A stretch of 63,341 bases of DNA, the filler included, from Octopus bimaculoides (Eukaryota): the NCBI RefSeq assembly GCF_001194135.2. It is 5 parts of 5 records of this genome, joined end to end, with 100 filler letters (N's around TTAATTAATTAA, not from the genome) between each part and the next. Parts side by side here need not be neighbours in the genome. Positions count along the whole stretch, not along the records: positions 1 to 24,693 come from NC_068982.1; positions 24,794 to 29,038 come from NW_026393959.1; 3 more parts are not named here. The stretch is one strand, 5' to 3'. Numbering within the stretch: position 1 is the first letter of the stretch; each line of letters starts with the position of its first letter. Below are positions 13,237-25,673 of the stretch, in pieces. Position numbers and translations under genes: made by a program. The notes beneath the pieces are model-generated. The model saw only the letters and a list, made by a program, of their open reading frames with translations. It was not told the origin of the DNA and ran no database searches.

Positions 13237-13508
13237 ATGTGTGTGTGTGTGTGTACACACACACACACACACACACACACANNNNNNNNNNNNNNNNNNN
13301 NNNNNNNNNNNNNNNNNNNNNNNNNNNNNNNNNNNNNNNNNNNNNNNNNNNNNNNNNNNNNNNNNNNNNNNNNNNNNNNNNNNNNNNNNNNNNNNNNNNN
13401 NNNNNNNNNNNNNNNNNNNNNNNNNNNNNNNNNNNNNNNNNNNNNNNNNNNNNNNNNNNNNNNNNNNNNNNNNNNNNNNNNNNNNNNNNNNNNNNNNNNN
13501 NNNNNNNT

Positions 13509-13812
13509 ATATATATGTATATATCTATATGTGTATGAATGTATGTATGTATATGTTTGTATGCATGTATGTATATGTTTGTATGTATGTATGTATGCTT
13601 GCATGTATGTATATGTGTGTATGTATGCATGCATGTATGTATGCTTGTATGTATGCATGCATGCATGTATGTATATGTTTGTATGTATGCATGCATGTAT
13701 GTATGCATGCATGTATGTATATGTTTGTATGTATGTGTGCATGTATGTATGCATGCATGCATGTATGTATTTGTTTGTATGTATGTATATGTTTGTTTGT
13801 ATGTATGTATAC
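13509..13812. repeat. (TATG)n/(CATG) compound microsatellite
   Basis: Directly visible. Confidence 0.95.
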
Positions 13813-14342
13813 TGAATTATTGATTAATATTTAGATGCAAATAATATTTTTAAAACAGAAGGTCTAAATCTAAAACAGAAATACATTTACATACGTGTTT
13901 CTATATACATCTGCATACATATTTCTGAAAGCATTTATAGCTATATATATTTACATAGTCTGTTTTTTCATATACTTGCATACACCTAGTTCCATTTATT
14001 CCGCTTACATATAAAAAGTCTACATACGTCTGCTTTTTATTCTTAAAATATGGAAGCAAATGTAACGTCAGCGTCAGCAAGAAATAAACCGTAACAGGAA
14101 TATTACTCAATAAATATTGTACAAATGTGAAATGGAAATGTATGAAGGAACATCGACAGCAAAACACTATAAAATATATGTAACGATATGGCGGTAACTC
14201 ACCCCTATGAACGAGTAACAAAGGATATTATGAAGCCGAGAGAATAAATGTTGAAAGTTACAAACATCTTAATACCTTTACATGGAAGGGGAAATAGTTT
14301 GTGTAAAATAAAATAGATGCGGGAATAAGAGCACAATACATC

Positions 14343-14391
<49 letters not shown>

Positions 14392-15009
14392 ACAAGAGCA
14401 ACAGGAATAATAATAATAATCATAATAATAATAATAATNNNNNNNNNNNNNNNNNNNNNNNNNNNNNNNNNNNNNNNNNNNNNNNNNNNNNNNNNNNNNN
14501 NNNNNNNNNNNNNNNNNNNNNNNNNNNNNNNNNNNNNNNNNNNNNNNNNNNNNNNNNNNNNNNNNNNNNNNNNNNNNNNNNNNNNNNNNNNNNNNNNNNN
14601 NNNNNNNNNNNNNNNNNNNNNNNNNNNNNNNNNNNNNNNNNNNNNNNNNNNNNNNNNNNNNNNNNNNNNNNNNNNNNNNNNNNNNNNNNNNNNNNNNNNN
14701 NNNNNNNNNNNNNNNNNNNNNNNNNNNNNNNNNNNNNNNNNNNNNNNNNNNNNNNNNNNNNNNNNNNNNNNNNNNNNNNNNNNNNNNNNNNNNNNNNNNN
14801 NNNNNNNNNNNNNNNNNNNNNNNNNNNNNNNNNNNNNNNNNNNNNNNNNNNNNNNNNNNNNNNNNNNNNNNNNNNNNNNNNNNNNNNNNNNNNNNNNNNN
14901 NNNNNNNNNNNNNNNNNNNNNNNNNNNNNNNNNNNNNNNNNNNNNNNNNNNNNNNNNNNNNNNNNNNNNNNNNNNNNNNNNNNNNNNNNNNNNNNNNNNN
15001 NNNNNNNNN

Positions 15010-15900
15010 ATACGTTTATCAATTTTCCTCAGGTGCAAACTTCCACATGCAAAACATGGGTTTATTTCCTGATTTTTGTCGTGTTTTTTAGAAAACACTT
15101 TATCTCTATTCTGACTATTTTGCACTTGTTTTACTTAGAAACAATCTTTCTGTTCAATTTCCTTTGTGTCGTGTCTTAATTTGACTGTTCTTTCACATTC
15201 GTCTGACACTTGCTGTAGGGTTACATTCTGGTTTTGTTCCAGCTTGAGAATTCTAGTTCTAACTTCTGCATCTTTTTTCTGCAGTTAGTCCCTGTGTAAA
15301 AATCAGTCATTTGAACATATCTGGCGTTAAGTCGTCCAGCTTGAACTTCTCGCATTCCCTTTTTACTCTACCATCACATGCGATGTTGTCCTTTTTCTCT
15401 ATGTTCAGACACTTCCAACGTGTGTTGAACAATGAGCTTTTTTTCACTGAAGATTTTACACAATATATCTAAAGTCTATGTCCGAAGGTTTTCTTGCGAG
15501 TACATAATTACTGTATCGTTTATGTTCTGTTGCTGCCAGTTTTCTCAAGATTAAGAGCATTGTTATCTCATCATCCTAATCTTTACATTTGCTCATATCT
15601 TCTGTAGTATGATTCGAAGATAACTCCTTCGTCAGGTTTGTATTTGGACTCTCTTATGGAGTTCGCGACACAGTCTGTCGTGAACACTTTTTCTGAATTT
15701 CTTGACGACTTAGGTAATTGCAACATTTGTTGTTGTTGCTCTTACAGTTGTATCTGTTGTTGTTGTTGTTCTTTCAGTTGTTGTTGGTGTTGTTGTTGTT
15801 GTTGCTTCTAGCAGTTGTATCTGCTACTGTTGTTGTTCTTTCAGTTGCTGTTCTTGCTGTTTTTGGAACTCGAGCAACCCGGCCAACAAATTTTCCATAA
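15010..15900 (-). mobile_element. Ty3/Gypsy gag remnant (with stop codons)
   Basis: Minus translation ..KIFSEKSSLFNTRWKCLNIEK..CEKFKLDDLTPDMFK*LIFTQGLTAEKDAEVRTRIL-KLEQNQNVTLQQVSDEC.. plus the zinc-knuckle start PCFACGSLHLRK; Q-rich N-terminal part. Confidence 0.8.
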
Positions 15901-16032
15901 TTTGACGATTTTTTTCGTAAAACTGGCACAACAAAAANNNNNNNNNNTTTCCATAATTTGACGATTTTTTTCGTAAAACTGGCACAACAAAAACCTTTGT
16001 GAGTTTGTTAACTCCTCGTGAGTTGTTTAAAT

Positions 16033-16043
16033 CCTCGTCGCCA
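16033..16043 (-). promoter_or_regulatory. Putative primer-binding site of the Gypsy element, next to the 3' end of a presumed 5' LTR
   Basis: Minus strand ..ggatataaCA g TGGCGACGAGG: an LTR-ending CA followed by a TGG-starting PBS, upstream of gag. The far LTR boundary is not resolved. Confidence 0.6.
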
Positions 16044-16719
16044 CTGTTATATCCTTAAAATGTTGAATTGTTATAACGCCCAATTCGGTATATAGTATAC
16101 GTAATAAAACCAGTAAGGACACGACTGACTAGGTTATTCCATTCGTCACGTGGGAGGGGTGTACCATTATCTCTAATTCCCTGCAACAGTATGTATGTAT
16201 AAGGATAAATTATCCAGGCGTGTACCGTAATAACTCTCAGGTACAATTCAGGTTTCGGCTAACCGCATCATATAATAATAAACTTAATGGGTCATCTTAA
16301 TAAAGTAATTATTCTGTATGACCAAATTAAAAATTAAATTTGAAGATGTACTAGTCTCCGCATTCGTTGGAATTGTTTGATATATATATGTATGTGTGAG
16401 TGTATACATACACATAAATGAATGTGTGTGCATACGTACACAAACACACACTCACTCACTCACTCACTCACCCCCACATACACACATATATACATACATG
16501 CATCGATACATAGATTACAAATGAAAGTGAAATCGAATCTAAACCGCCAAAACTTAAAGGGGTCGACAAATTACCGAGGTTTTTATGAACAAGGCGCAGC
16601 TATTTCCAATTTGCATGCCCTCTGTAGGATGTGTGTGTGTTTGTGTGTGCGTGTGAGTGTGTGTGCGTGTGCGTGCGTGCGCGCGCGTGTGAGTATGTGT
16701 GTAAGTATGTGTGTGTTTA

Positions 16720-16758
<39 letters not shown>

Positions 16759-16929
16759 GTACGTGGCTTAGTGGTCAATCTATTGGACTGATGGCTGTAA
16801 GATTGTGATAGAATTAATTTCATATTACATATAACCAGTATCTTACAAAAAAAAAAAATGCATAAAGCAACACTGCAATAGTTTATGTTGTGTCCAGTGG
16901 TTTATTCTTGATATTCACTAAAATGTATT

Positions 16930-17345
16930 TTGTAAAAAGCTGACAAAAATTCTCGGCTTTGTTATTTACACAGTAACTGAAGATTCTTAACGTTTTTGAA
17001 AATATAGGTTTTCAAGTAAGCCAATGGAAAATCTGTTTGACCCGTTTATACAAGGTTTGGTTACAGAAAGGATCTTCCATTTGATTTTGTGGCTGACATT
17101 CTTGTCCTTAAGTTTCCAGATTAATGCCGAGAAGGTTGTGGTATGTGTCTTCTCGGTGTGTCTAAAGGTTGAAAGATGGTTGTTGCATCTCGATTTAAAT
17201 TTTCCTTCAACAGATCTAGTACATCGCTTAGTCTCTGTCTGGTCATTACTATAGTTTGCTGCTTCTTGTGCTTCACAGTCAACAGAGAATACATTGTATG
17301 TTTCCCCTAGAGGACACTTAGATTTATCTCTACAAATGTGCATCT
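16930..17345 (-). mobile_element. Penelope-like element fragment: Zn-linker and GIY-YIG endonuclease region
   Basis: HICRDKSKCPLG..EGKFKSRCNNHLSTFRH..FSALIWKLKDKNVSHKIKWKILSVTKPCINGSNR matches the CxCx5CPLxG..FKxRYNNH..LSxxIWxLK..IKWxIL..YxNGSxRC pattern of PLEs. Confidence 0.8.
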
Positions 17346-17451
17346 AAGACAGATCTGAGTCATCGGTTGTTTATTGACATAGGCCTTTGCATTGGGTGGG
17401 GGCATAAAAATATAATATGTTTACTCATTTGTTAAAAAAACATAACACACA

Positions 17452-17483
<32 letters not shown>

Positions 17484-17597
17484 NNNNNNNNNNNNNNNNN
17501 NNNNNNNNNNNNNNNNNNNNNNNNNNNNNNNNNNNNNNNNNNNNNNNNNNNNNNNNNNNCATACACACATTTATATTTATGTATATATGAAGAGAAA

Positions 17598-17693
17598 AGA
17601 AGAAGAAGAAGAAGAAGAAGAAGAAGAAGAAGAAGAAGAAGAAGAAGAAGAAGAAGAAGAAGAAGAAGAAGAAGAAGAAGAAGAAGAAGAAGA
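17598..17693. repeat. (GAA)n microsatellite
   Basis: About 31 pure units. Confidence 0.97.
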
Positions 17694-18481
17694 CTACAAC
17701 CACGACTGATATCAAGTGATATATGTACACCACGCTTGGACATGATCAAGCCAAATACGGCGGCTATGAAAAGCACGAAATCAACGCAACATCGTCCAAT
17801 ATAAAATAATATGGTACGGGATAAAAGAAATAAAAGAAAAAGATTGAAGTGCAGGAACAACTGTTGTGGCTTTAAACACTGCGAACAGCGTCAGTTGAAT
17901 GATACTTGTTACTGAAATACTTGAGGCAGGGAGATGAATTACTGGGTAAACTCTTGAATGCATTTCTGAGAAAAGGAGAAGATCTGGGAGAATGTCTCAC
18001 AAGAAAGGGAAATAATTAATACCTAAATTTGACGGCAAATGATAAACCTAGAGATCTGCCAAATTTAGCATTGTTATCAATGCAGTCATACATGCCTACA
18101 TATGCATGCACACATACATCAGTCAGACACACTGAGACGAATATCCACATATACACACATATATACACATCTATCTACCTATCTCTCTCTATATATGTAT
18201 TATGTATGCATGTGTGTGCGCGTGTATATANNNNNNNNNNNNNNNNNNNNNNNNNNNNNNNNNNNNNNNNNNNNNNNNNNNNNNNNNNNNNNNNNNNNNN
18301 NNNNNNNNNNNNNNNNNNNNNNNNNNNNNNNNNNNNNNNNNNNNNNNNNNNNNNNNNNNNNNNNNNNNNNNNNNNNNNNNNNNNNNNNNNNNNNNNNNNN
18401 NNNNNNNNNNNNNNNNNNNNNNNNNNNNNNNNNNNNNNNNNNNNNNNNNNNNNNNNNNNNNNNNNNNNNNNNNNNNNNNNN

Positions 18482-18517
<36 letters not shown>

Positions 18518-18574
18518 TATATGACTGTGTGTATGCATCCATCCATCTATCAATACATGCATATTTATATATGT

Positions 18575-18614
<40 letters not shown>

Positions 18615-19611
18615 ATACACATAGGCACACATAGTTATACGTGTGTGCGATGGTGTGTATACGAGTGCGTGCATGTTCCTATGTAGAAGAATGTGTTAAT
18701 AATAAGTACCCTTTATAGTTTATAAGTTGTATAATCAATATTATCAAGTGTATATATAATAAGGTTTAGACAGTGTATGTAGCAGTTGATAACTGGCGTT
18801 TCTCTGGCACCGAATGGGAAACCCAATTCTGACTGAGTCAAAGAATGATCGTCAACACAGAATGCCATCAAATAGTCGAAGAACTGATCCTCTTGAAGTG
18901 ACATGATGACATGAGATGCGTATTGTTCTTCTGTCATGTGAATCTAACATCGTAGGCGTGTTTGTTTGGGGGATTAGAGGGCTTTCATGTCTGTGATAGA
19001 TCAGAGGGATATCGTTGAGTTGCCATTCCAAAATGGTATCGAGATCCTGGACCACACACTTTCAAGATGCATGTGAACGTAACTTCTGTATGTATGTATG
19101 TATGCATGTATGTATGTGTGTGCGTTTGGAGAAAGAGGGAGAGAGGGAGAAAGAAAAGTAAGAGAGAATAGGAGAGAGAGAGATGAGAACAGTATGTGGA
19201 GCTATCATCTTTTATGAATGCTTGATTTGACTTAGCTTTGAGTAGATCATTAATAGAGTTTGATGTATGTGGGTGATATGCAGGGTGGTGGTGGTGAGGA
19301 TGCTAGCTGTGGCAGCGGTGGTGGTGATAGTGGTGGAATGACCATACATCGAGTCATCCATCATCACAGTGAAATAACATCACAAAGAAGTCTCTCCGAT
19401 CCAAAGGATTACTGATGTTTAGAACTCATAGAATGGCAACATTGCCAGAAAATTTCCATCCAAGAGATGAAGGATGTTACTATTGAAATATAAAGGATAT
19501 CAATAAGTTAATAAGGATTTCATAACTCAAGATTCTCAAAGTGCTAGTCACTTGAATCAAACCCGGTTTATGCGTGGCGCGCGCACACACACACGTGCAC
19601 ACGCTCGCTCG

Positions 19612-19645
<34 letters not shown>

Positions 19646-19744
19646 AACATACATACACATATGCACAAACAACGCACAAACATACGCTCTCACTTTCTCT
19701 CTCATACACACACACACACACACAAACACACTAACACACAAACA

Positions 19745-19860
19745 CGTTTTGAGTTCAAAGCCCATCGAAGTCACCTTTGCCTTTTATTCTTTCAGGGGTC
19801 GATAAAATAATGTACCAGGCAAGTACTGGGGTCAGTAATGTCGATTCACTCCGCCGTCCA
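19745..19860 (+). mobile_element. SINE family B central fragment
   Basis: gagttcaaa..ctttgccttttattctttcaggggtcgataaaataatgtaccag. Confidence 0.7.
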
Positions 19861-20178
19861 TTCAAAAGTGTTCGCCTTGTGGTTAGAGCAGTGACACTTA
19901 GATTGTATCCTGGCAAAACTTGAACAAACCTGTTGAAGCGAAACGAAATTTTCTAAAAATAGAAAGAAATATACAGAAGGAAGAAAAAATAATAAAATAA
20001 AAGACAGAAGCACAAACAGTGTAATATAGAAGCTCTTATACACGCACACAAGACACACATACACATAGTAAAGACAGAATGAGAAAGAAAAAGTAAATAA
20101 AAGACACAGGTACAAACTGTAATGCACAAATCGATATACACGCATACAAAACATACTAAACACATAGGCACACGGACA

Positions 20179-20220
<42 letters not shown>

Positions 20221-20353
20221 CGAAAACGCATGCGCACACAATGATACATACCACAGGAAGACAAAATGCAATAGACAGGACATGGGGAGACACATGGGAC
20301 AGAAAATCGTTGAAGAGGTCACAGTATGTGTGACGAAAGAACTTTGGCAGACA

Positions 20354-20354
<1 letters not shown>

Positions 20355-20418
<64 letters not shown>
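20355..20418. repeat. (GTA)n microsatellite
   Basis: Directly visible. Confidence 0.97.
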
Positions 20419-20887
20419 ATAATAATAAAATGAAAAAAAAAATAGTGCTTGTGTTTAATCAGCAAAAGATGACCATTCCCAAATATAACAATACAAAAAG
20501 AAAACATTAACACCAAAAATACAATAAACTTTTTAAAAAAATACCTGAGTAAGTTTTAAAGAGACAGTATTCTTCGAAACAGCATCACTTGTAGACTTAA
20601 TAATACACCAGCGACGGGAGAAATAAATGCTAAAATAAATGCTAAAGAGTCTAGTATCACAAATAGATTCTATTGGAACCTTTTCCTTGATGGGCAAAAG
20701 TCCTTCTACGTGTTTGGTTACTCTTCTAAAAATGGCAACTACTCATCTTTCAAATTACTTTTGAATATTCACTTTAGGTATTCATGTAATACTTCACAAC
20801 CATCGGAGCGTGAAGCGCACCTCACGAACGCAGATGCATGGGATGGTTGTGATCTGTAAACAGTTTTGAGTAGGAACCGGAGAAGTA

Positions 20888-20982
20888 TGAACACGCAATG
20901 TGCATGTGCACACTGAATTCGTAAAACGGAAGAGAAGGATACAAACGCAATGCGCATGTCAAAATAAAACGGAAGTGAAGAA
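20888..20982. promoter_or_regulatory. Candidate promoter module: duplicated NRF1-like plus ETS-like motifs
   Basis: acgcaatg(t/c)gcatgt..taaaacggaag(a/t)gaag occurs twice in tandem within a locally CpG-containing, non-repetitive segment. Confidence 0.3.
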
Positions 20983-21598
20983 TAAAACAAGTTATATGAT
21001 GATATGTATGTCACGTCTGACATCACTATCATGCAGCTTTGCTGCAATTTTTTTGTTTTAATAAAGACAGATGAAGAGAATAAGGCTACTGAGTTGTAAG
21101 AAAATGTTAATCTTCTCGTATAGAAAATTCGGTTTATGTTGAGTTTCATGTCAACAATAGAAAGAGTCACCATGAAGAACGTAGAGGCTGCTGGCTTTGG
21201 CAGGAAAAAGGTGATCGATTGGGGTCGGTAGAACGTCTCTTGGACACAGACATAGGCTTGACCAGCCGAAAGTGGACCTCCATGATGAGAGTGTATGTAC
21301 GTTGCAAGACCCGAATTAACCAGTGATTCCAGGATATAGCGCTGACGATTTGTCTAAGTATTGCATCTATCGACGTATGTTGATCACTACCTGGTAATGC
21401 AAAACATTCAATCGACAAATACTGGAGAAACAATGCATTTGGAACGCCTTTGTTTTGTACGGAATCTGACGTTAACTGGTTTAACGTCTTTGCCTTCAAT
21501 AATTTAATTTCACTCGTGTGGTCTAAGGGATACACATGACACAATTCCTCTTCGTTGTGCGTGTGTGTGTGCGCATGCGTGTGCGTGTATGTGTGTAA

Positions 21599-21631
<33 letters not shown>

Positions 21632-22369
21632 TATATATATATATATANNNNNNNNNNNNNNNNNNNNNNNNNNNNNNNNNNNNNNNNNNNNNNNNNNNNN
21701 NNNNNNNNNNNNNNNNNNNNNNNNNNNNNNNNNNNNNNNNNNNNNNNNNNNNNNNNNNNNNNNNNNNNNNNNNNNNNNNNNNNNNNNNNNNNNNNNNNNN
21801 NNNNNNNNNNNNNNNNNNNNNNNNNNNNNNNNNNNNNNNNNNNNNNNNNNNNNNNNNNNNNNNNNNNNNNNNNNNNNNNNNNNNNNNNNNNNNNNNNNNN
21901 NNNNNNNNNNNNNNNNNNNNNNNNNNNNNNNNNNNNNNNNNNNNNNNNNNNNNNNNNNNNNNNNNNNNNNNNNNNNNNNNNNNNNNNNNNNNNNNNNNNN
22001 NNNNNNNNNNNNNNNNNNNNNNNNNNNNNNNNNNNNNNNNNNNNNNNNNNNNNNNNNNNNNNNNNNNNNNNNNNNNNNNNNNNNNNNNNNNNNNNNNNNN
22101 NNNNNNNNNNNNNNNNNNNNNNNNNNNNNNNNNNNNNNNNNNNNNNNNNNNNNNNNNNNNNNNNNNNNNNNNNNNNNNNNNNNNNNNNNNNNNNNNNNNN
22201 NNNNNNNNNNNNNNNNNNNNNNNNNNNNNNNNNNNNNNNNNNNNNNNNNNNNNNNNNNNNNNNNNNNNNNNNNNNNNNNNNNNNNNNNNNNNNNNNNNNN
22301 NNNNNNNNNNNNNNNNNNNNNNNNNNNNNNNNNNNNNNNNNNNNNNNNNNNNNNNNNNNNNNNNNNNNN

Positions 22370-22407
<38 letters not shown>

Positions 22408-23110
22408 TACAAATTGGGTCCAGATGTGGCGTAGGTACAAAAGAAGAACTCAGAAGGAATTTAAAATTTACTACGGAAGTTTCAGTAGCATTTTATTGAT
22501 GTATTCATACATTACATCATAGCTTAAATCCACCATCCTCAGGCAAAATGTTACGCTTTTATAAACTGGTAAGGTAAAACCTTGAAGGTGATTTATTTCT
22601 TCTCTTTGGTCGCGCTGCTTTCGCGGATTCCCATGACTCTCTGTTGCCATCCAATTCCATTATCAAAATGAATTTGAATCAAGAGCTTGATTAATAGTGA
22701 AACTTTCATTAGCTGATTACACAACTGTGGGCGCTGCCAAAACGGATGCGTTGTAGTTCCTCTCTTGTTAGAGTTTGGTGATCCTAACCATTGATCTAGG
22801 ACTCCTCCGATCAGCATCAATGTAAGAAACACTGTTAGCTCAACTGAGCTCTTCCACTACCTAGAAGAGCTATTGTGAGCCATGCAGCAGTCCCATGACT
22901 TCGCCATATCCCTGGTGGGGTGACTGAACGGGTCCTCTGCTTTGCCAAAGGGCCACCTATAACTATGCAAGCACTGTTGTCATTCCATGAGATGTTTTCA
23001 AATTACCGCTATACCTAACATGATGAGCAAATGATATTTCAAGAAAGAACAGTCATATTCGACATACATACAAACATACATATATATGTATATATGTATG
23101 TATATATATG

Positions 23111-23141
<31 letters not shown>

Positions 23142-23668
23142 TTATATGTATGTATGAAACAAATATAGAGCAAAACCTAACCACTTGTAACGTTCTATTC
23201 CTTCTAAACCAAATCATGTTAAATTAATCAAAATCTATCATCCCCAACATTTGTGATTATCTCCCTTACACCGGAAAAAATCCCTGATTACCTTCCCCTA
23301 TCTAGAACTCCATATTTTATACCGTAGCGAAGACATGTTACGATACAGGTAGAGAAATTTGAAAAGAAAATACGAAACCGGTTATTTCTCCCAAAACAAT
23401 GTTTCTATACTCAAAATTTTATATTTTCCTAACATAACGATTTAAATATATACTTTAACCATATAACAGAAGCCTTCTGTAGTTTTTTCACTCTTGTTTA
23501 TCTTCATTATATATATATATATACGTGTATATAATATAACATCATTTGGATAGAGATAATTTGTATGTATGCATAACCCATCATGTTAAATGACGAAAAA
23601 AGATGTATTTATTGAAACGATCGTCACTGGTTAAAAAAGAAAGCTACCATCTTAATTTNNNNNNNNNN

Positions 23669-23724
<56 letters not shown>

Positions 23725-24390
23725 GTGTATATAATATAACATCATTTGGATAGAGATAATTTGTATGTATGCATAACCCATCATGTTAAATGACGAAAAA
23801 AGATGTATTTATTGAAACGATCGTCACTGGTTAAAAAAGAAAGCTACCATCTTAATTTCCTTTGTTTATTTATTAAGTCCCTTAGCTACTAGAAATAAGG
23901 TCGGACATTGGCCCTATTGATGACGCCTATTGGGCAAGAAACACGAGTCTACGACTGTCGTCCAATCTCCTGACAATAAGTCTGTCCATTTTTTTTAATG
24001 GAATATCTCGTTCGAAGAAATTTTGATTCTTCAGATTATCTCCCCTTCTCATGTAGAACTACTCGTAACTGCCATTTGGTAATTACGACACATCCTCTTG
24101 AGACAGAGGTAATTTTAATAAATCAAGAATATAGATTGTATGACATTTGATATGCCATACACCATAAATTTGTTTAAGATGTTCAAATACGTGTCACTGG
24201 CGACTCTGGGATATGTGTCTTTACTCATTTTTACTTAAATTATATATACTTATTGATAGATAATACACAGATACACACACACACACTCACACACAGACAC
24301 ACACACAGACACTTAAATACATACACGCGTATACAAATACATATACATGCATACGCGAGCACCCGTGTGTATGTGTGTGCGTGTGTGCGT

Positions 24391-24541
24391 GTATTATTTT
24401 GGTCGTGACAGTCTCTTGCTGCTGTGTGTTTCACCTGGGAACGTACAGGCACTTCAAAGCAGCTTATAACTCCTGAAGATCCTGTACGCTCATAAGAGAA
24501 ATTCAATGCAGCAAGAGATTAACACGACGAAAACAAAATAC
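24391..24541. mobile_element. Old foldback element (~70-bp diverged arms) with decayed HHR topology
   Basis: gtcgtg..tctcttgctgc / gcagcaagaga..cacgac and cgtacagg..cttca / tgaag..cctgtacg pair across the centre. Confidence 0.55.
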
Positions 24542-24737
24542 AATATTAATCTGTACCATGGCATTCAGTACTCTTTCTTCAGACAGTTAACACTAATCTG
24601 ATATATATATATATATATATATATGATAAATAAATATCTTCATCAAAGAAGCGGGAATAATCCCGGGTTGCTTCTGGGTAATATATATATATANNNNNNN
24701 NNNNNNNNNNNNNNNNNNNNNNNNNNNNNNNNNNNNN

Positions 24738-24749
24738 TTAATTAATTAA
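24738..24749. other. Assembly spacer TTAATTAATTAA within an N44/N44 gap (also 29083-29094, 32571-32582, 60239-60250)
   Basis: Identical 12-mer with stops in all six frames, centred in a 100-bp gap four times: an artificial scaffold linker. Confidence 0.95.
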
Positions 24750-24793
24750 NNNNNNNNNNNNNNNNNNNNNNNNNNNNNNNNNNNNNNNNNNNN

Positions 24794-25153
24794 GGGTTAG
24801 GGTTAGGGTTAGGCTTATGGTTAGGGTTAGGGTAAGGGTTAAGGTTAGAGTTAGGGTTAGGGTTAGGGCTAGGGTTAGAGTTACGCTTAGGGATAGGGTT
24901 AGTATTAGGGTTAGTATTAGGGTTAGGGTTAGGGTTAGGATTAGGGTTAGGGTTAGGCTTAGGGTTACGGTAAGGGTAAGGGTAAGGTTTAGCGTTAGGT
25001 TTAAGTTTAGTGTAAGGGTTAGGGTTAGGGTAAGGGTTAGGTTTAGTGTTAGTGTTAGGGTCAAGGTAAGTGTAACGGTTAGGGTTAGGGTAAGGGTTAG
25101 GGTTAGGGTTAGTGTTAGGGTTAAGGTTAGGGCTAGGGTTTGGGTTAGGGTTA
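24794..25153 (+). repeat. Degenerate telomeric repeat (TTAGGG)n
   Basis: gggttagggttagg.. with variants such as TAAGGG, TTAGTG, TTAGGC. Confidence 0.95.
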
Positions 25154-25539
25154 NNNNNNNNNNNNNNNNNNNNNNNNNNNNNNNNNNNNNNNNNNNNNNN
25201 NNNNNNNNNNNNNNNNNNNNNNNNNNNNNNNNNNNNNNNNNNNNNNNNNNNNNNNNNNNNNNNNNNNNNNNNNNNNNNNNNNNNNNNNNNNNNNNNNNNN
25301 NNNNNNNNNNNNNNNNNNNNNNNNNNNNNNNNNNNNNNNNNNNNNNNNNNNNNNNNNNNNNNNNNNNNNNNNNNNNNNNNNNNNNNNNNNNNNNNNNNNN
25401 NNNNNNNNNNNNNNNNNNNNNNNNNNNNNNNNNNNNNNNNNNNNNNNNNNNNNNNNNNNNNNNNNNNNNNNNNNNNNNNNNNNNNNNNNNNNNNNNNNNN
25501 NNNNNNNNNNNNNNNNNNNNNNNNNNNNNNNNNNNNNNN

Positions 25540-25673
25540 AACCCTAACGCTAACCCTAACCCTAACCCTAACCCTAACCCTAACCCTAACGCTAACCCTA
25601 ACCCTAACCCTAACCCTAATCCTAACGCTAATCCTAACCCTAACGCTAACCCTAACCCTAACCCTAACCCTTA
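25540..25673 (-). repeat. Telomeric repeat in the opposite orientation, (CCCTAA)n
   Basis: accctaaccctaac.. with ctaacg variants. Confidence 0.95.

Noticed and set aside
15890-15993. Direct duplication around a short N gap (also 23510-23858 and 26009-26238)
   Set aside because: Identical sequence on both sides of ~10-N gaps indicates unmerged contig overlaps, not real duplications.
22750-22960. Possible decayed LINE endonuclease (..FAISLVG*LNG..)
   Set aside because: Only a vague GDFN-like resemblance amid multiple stops.
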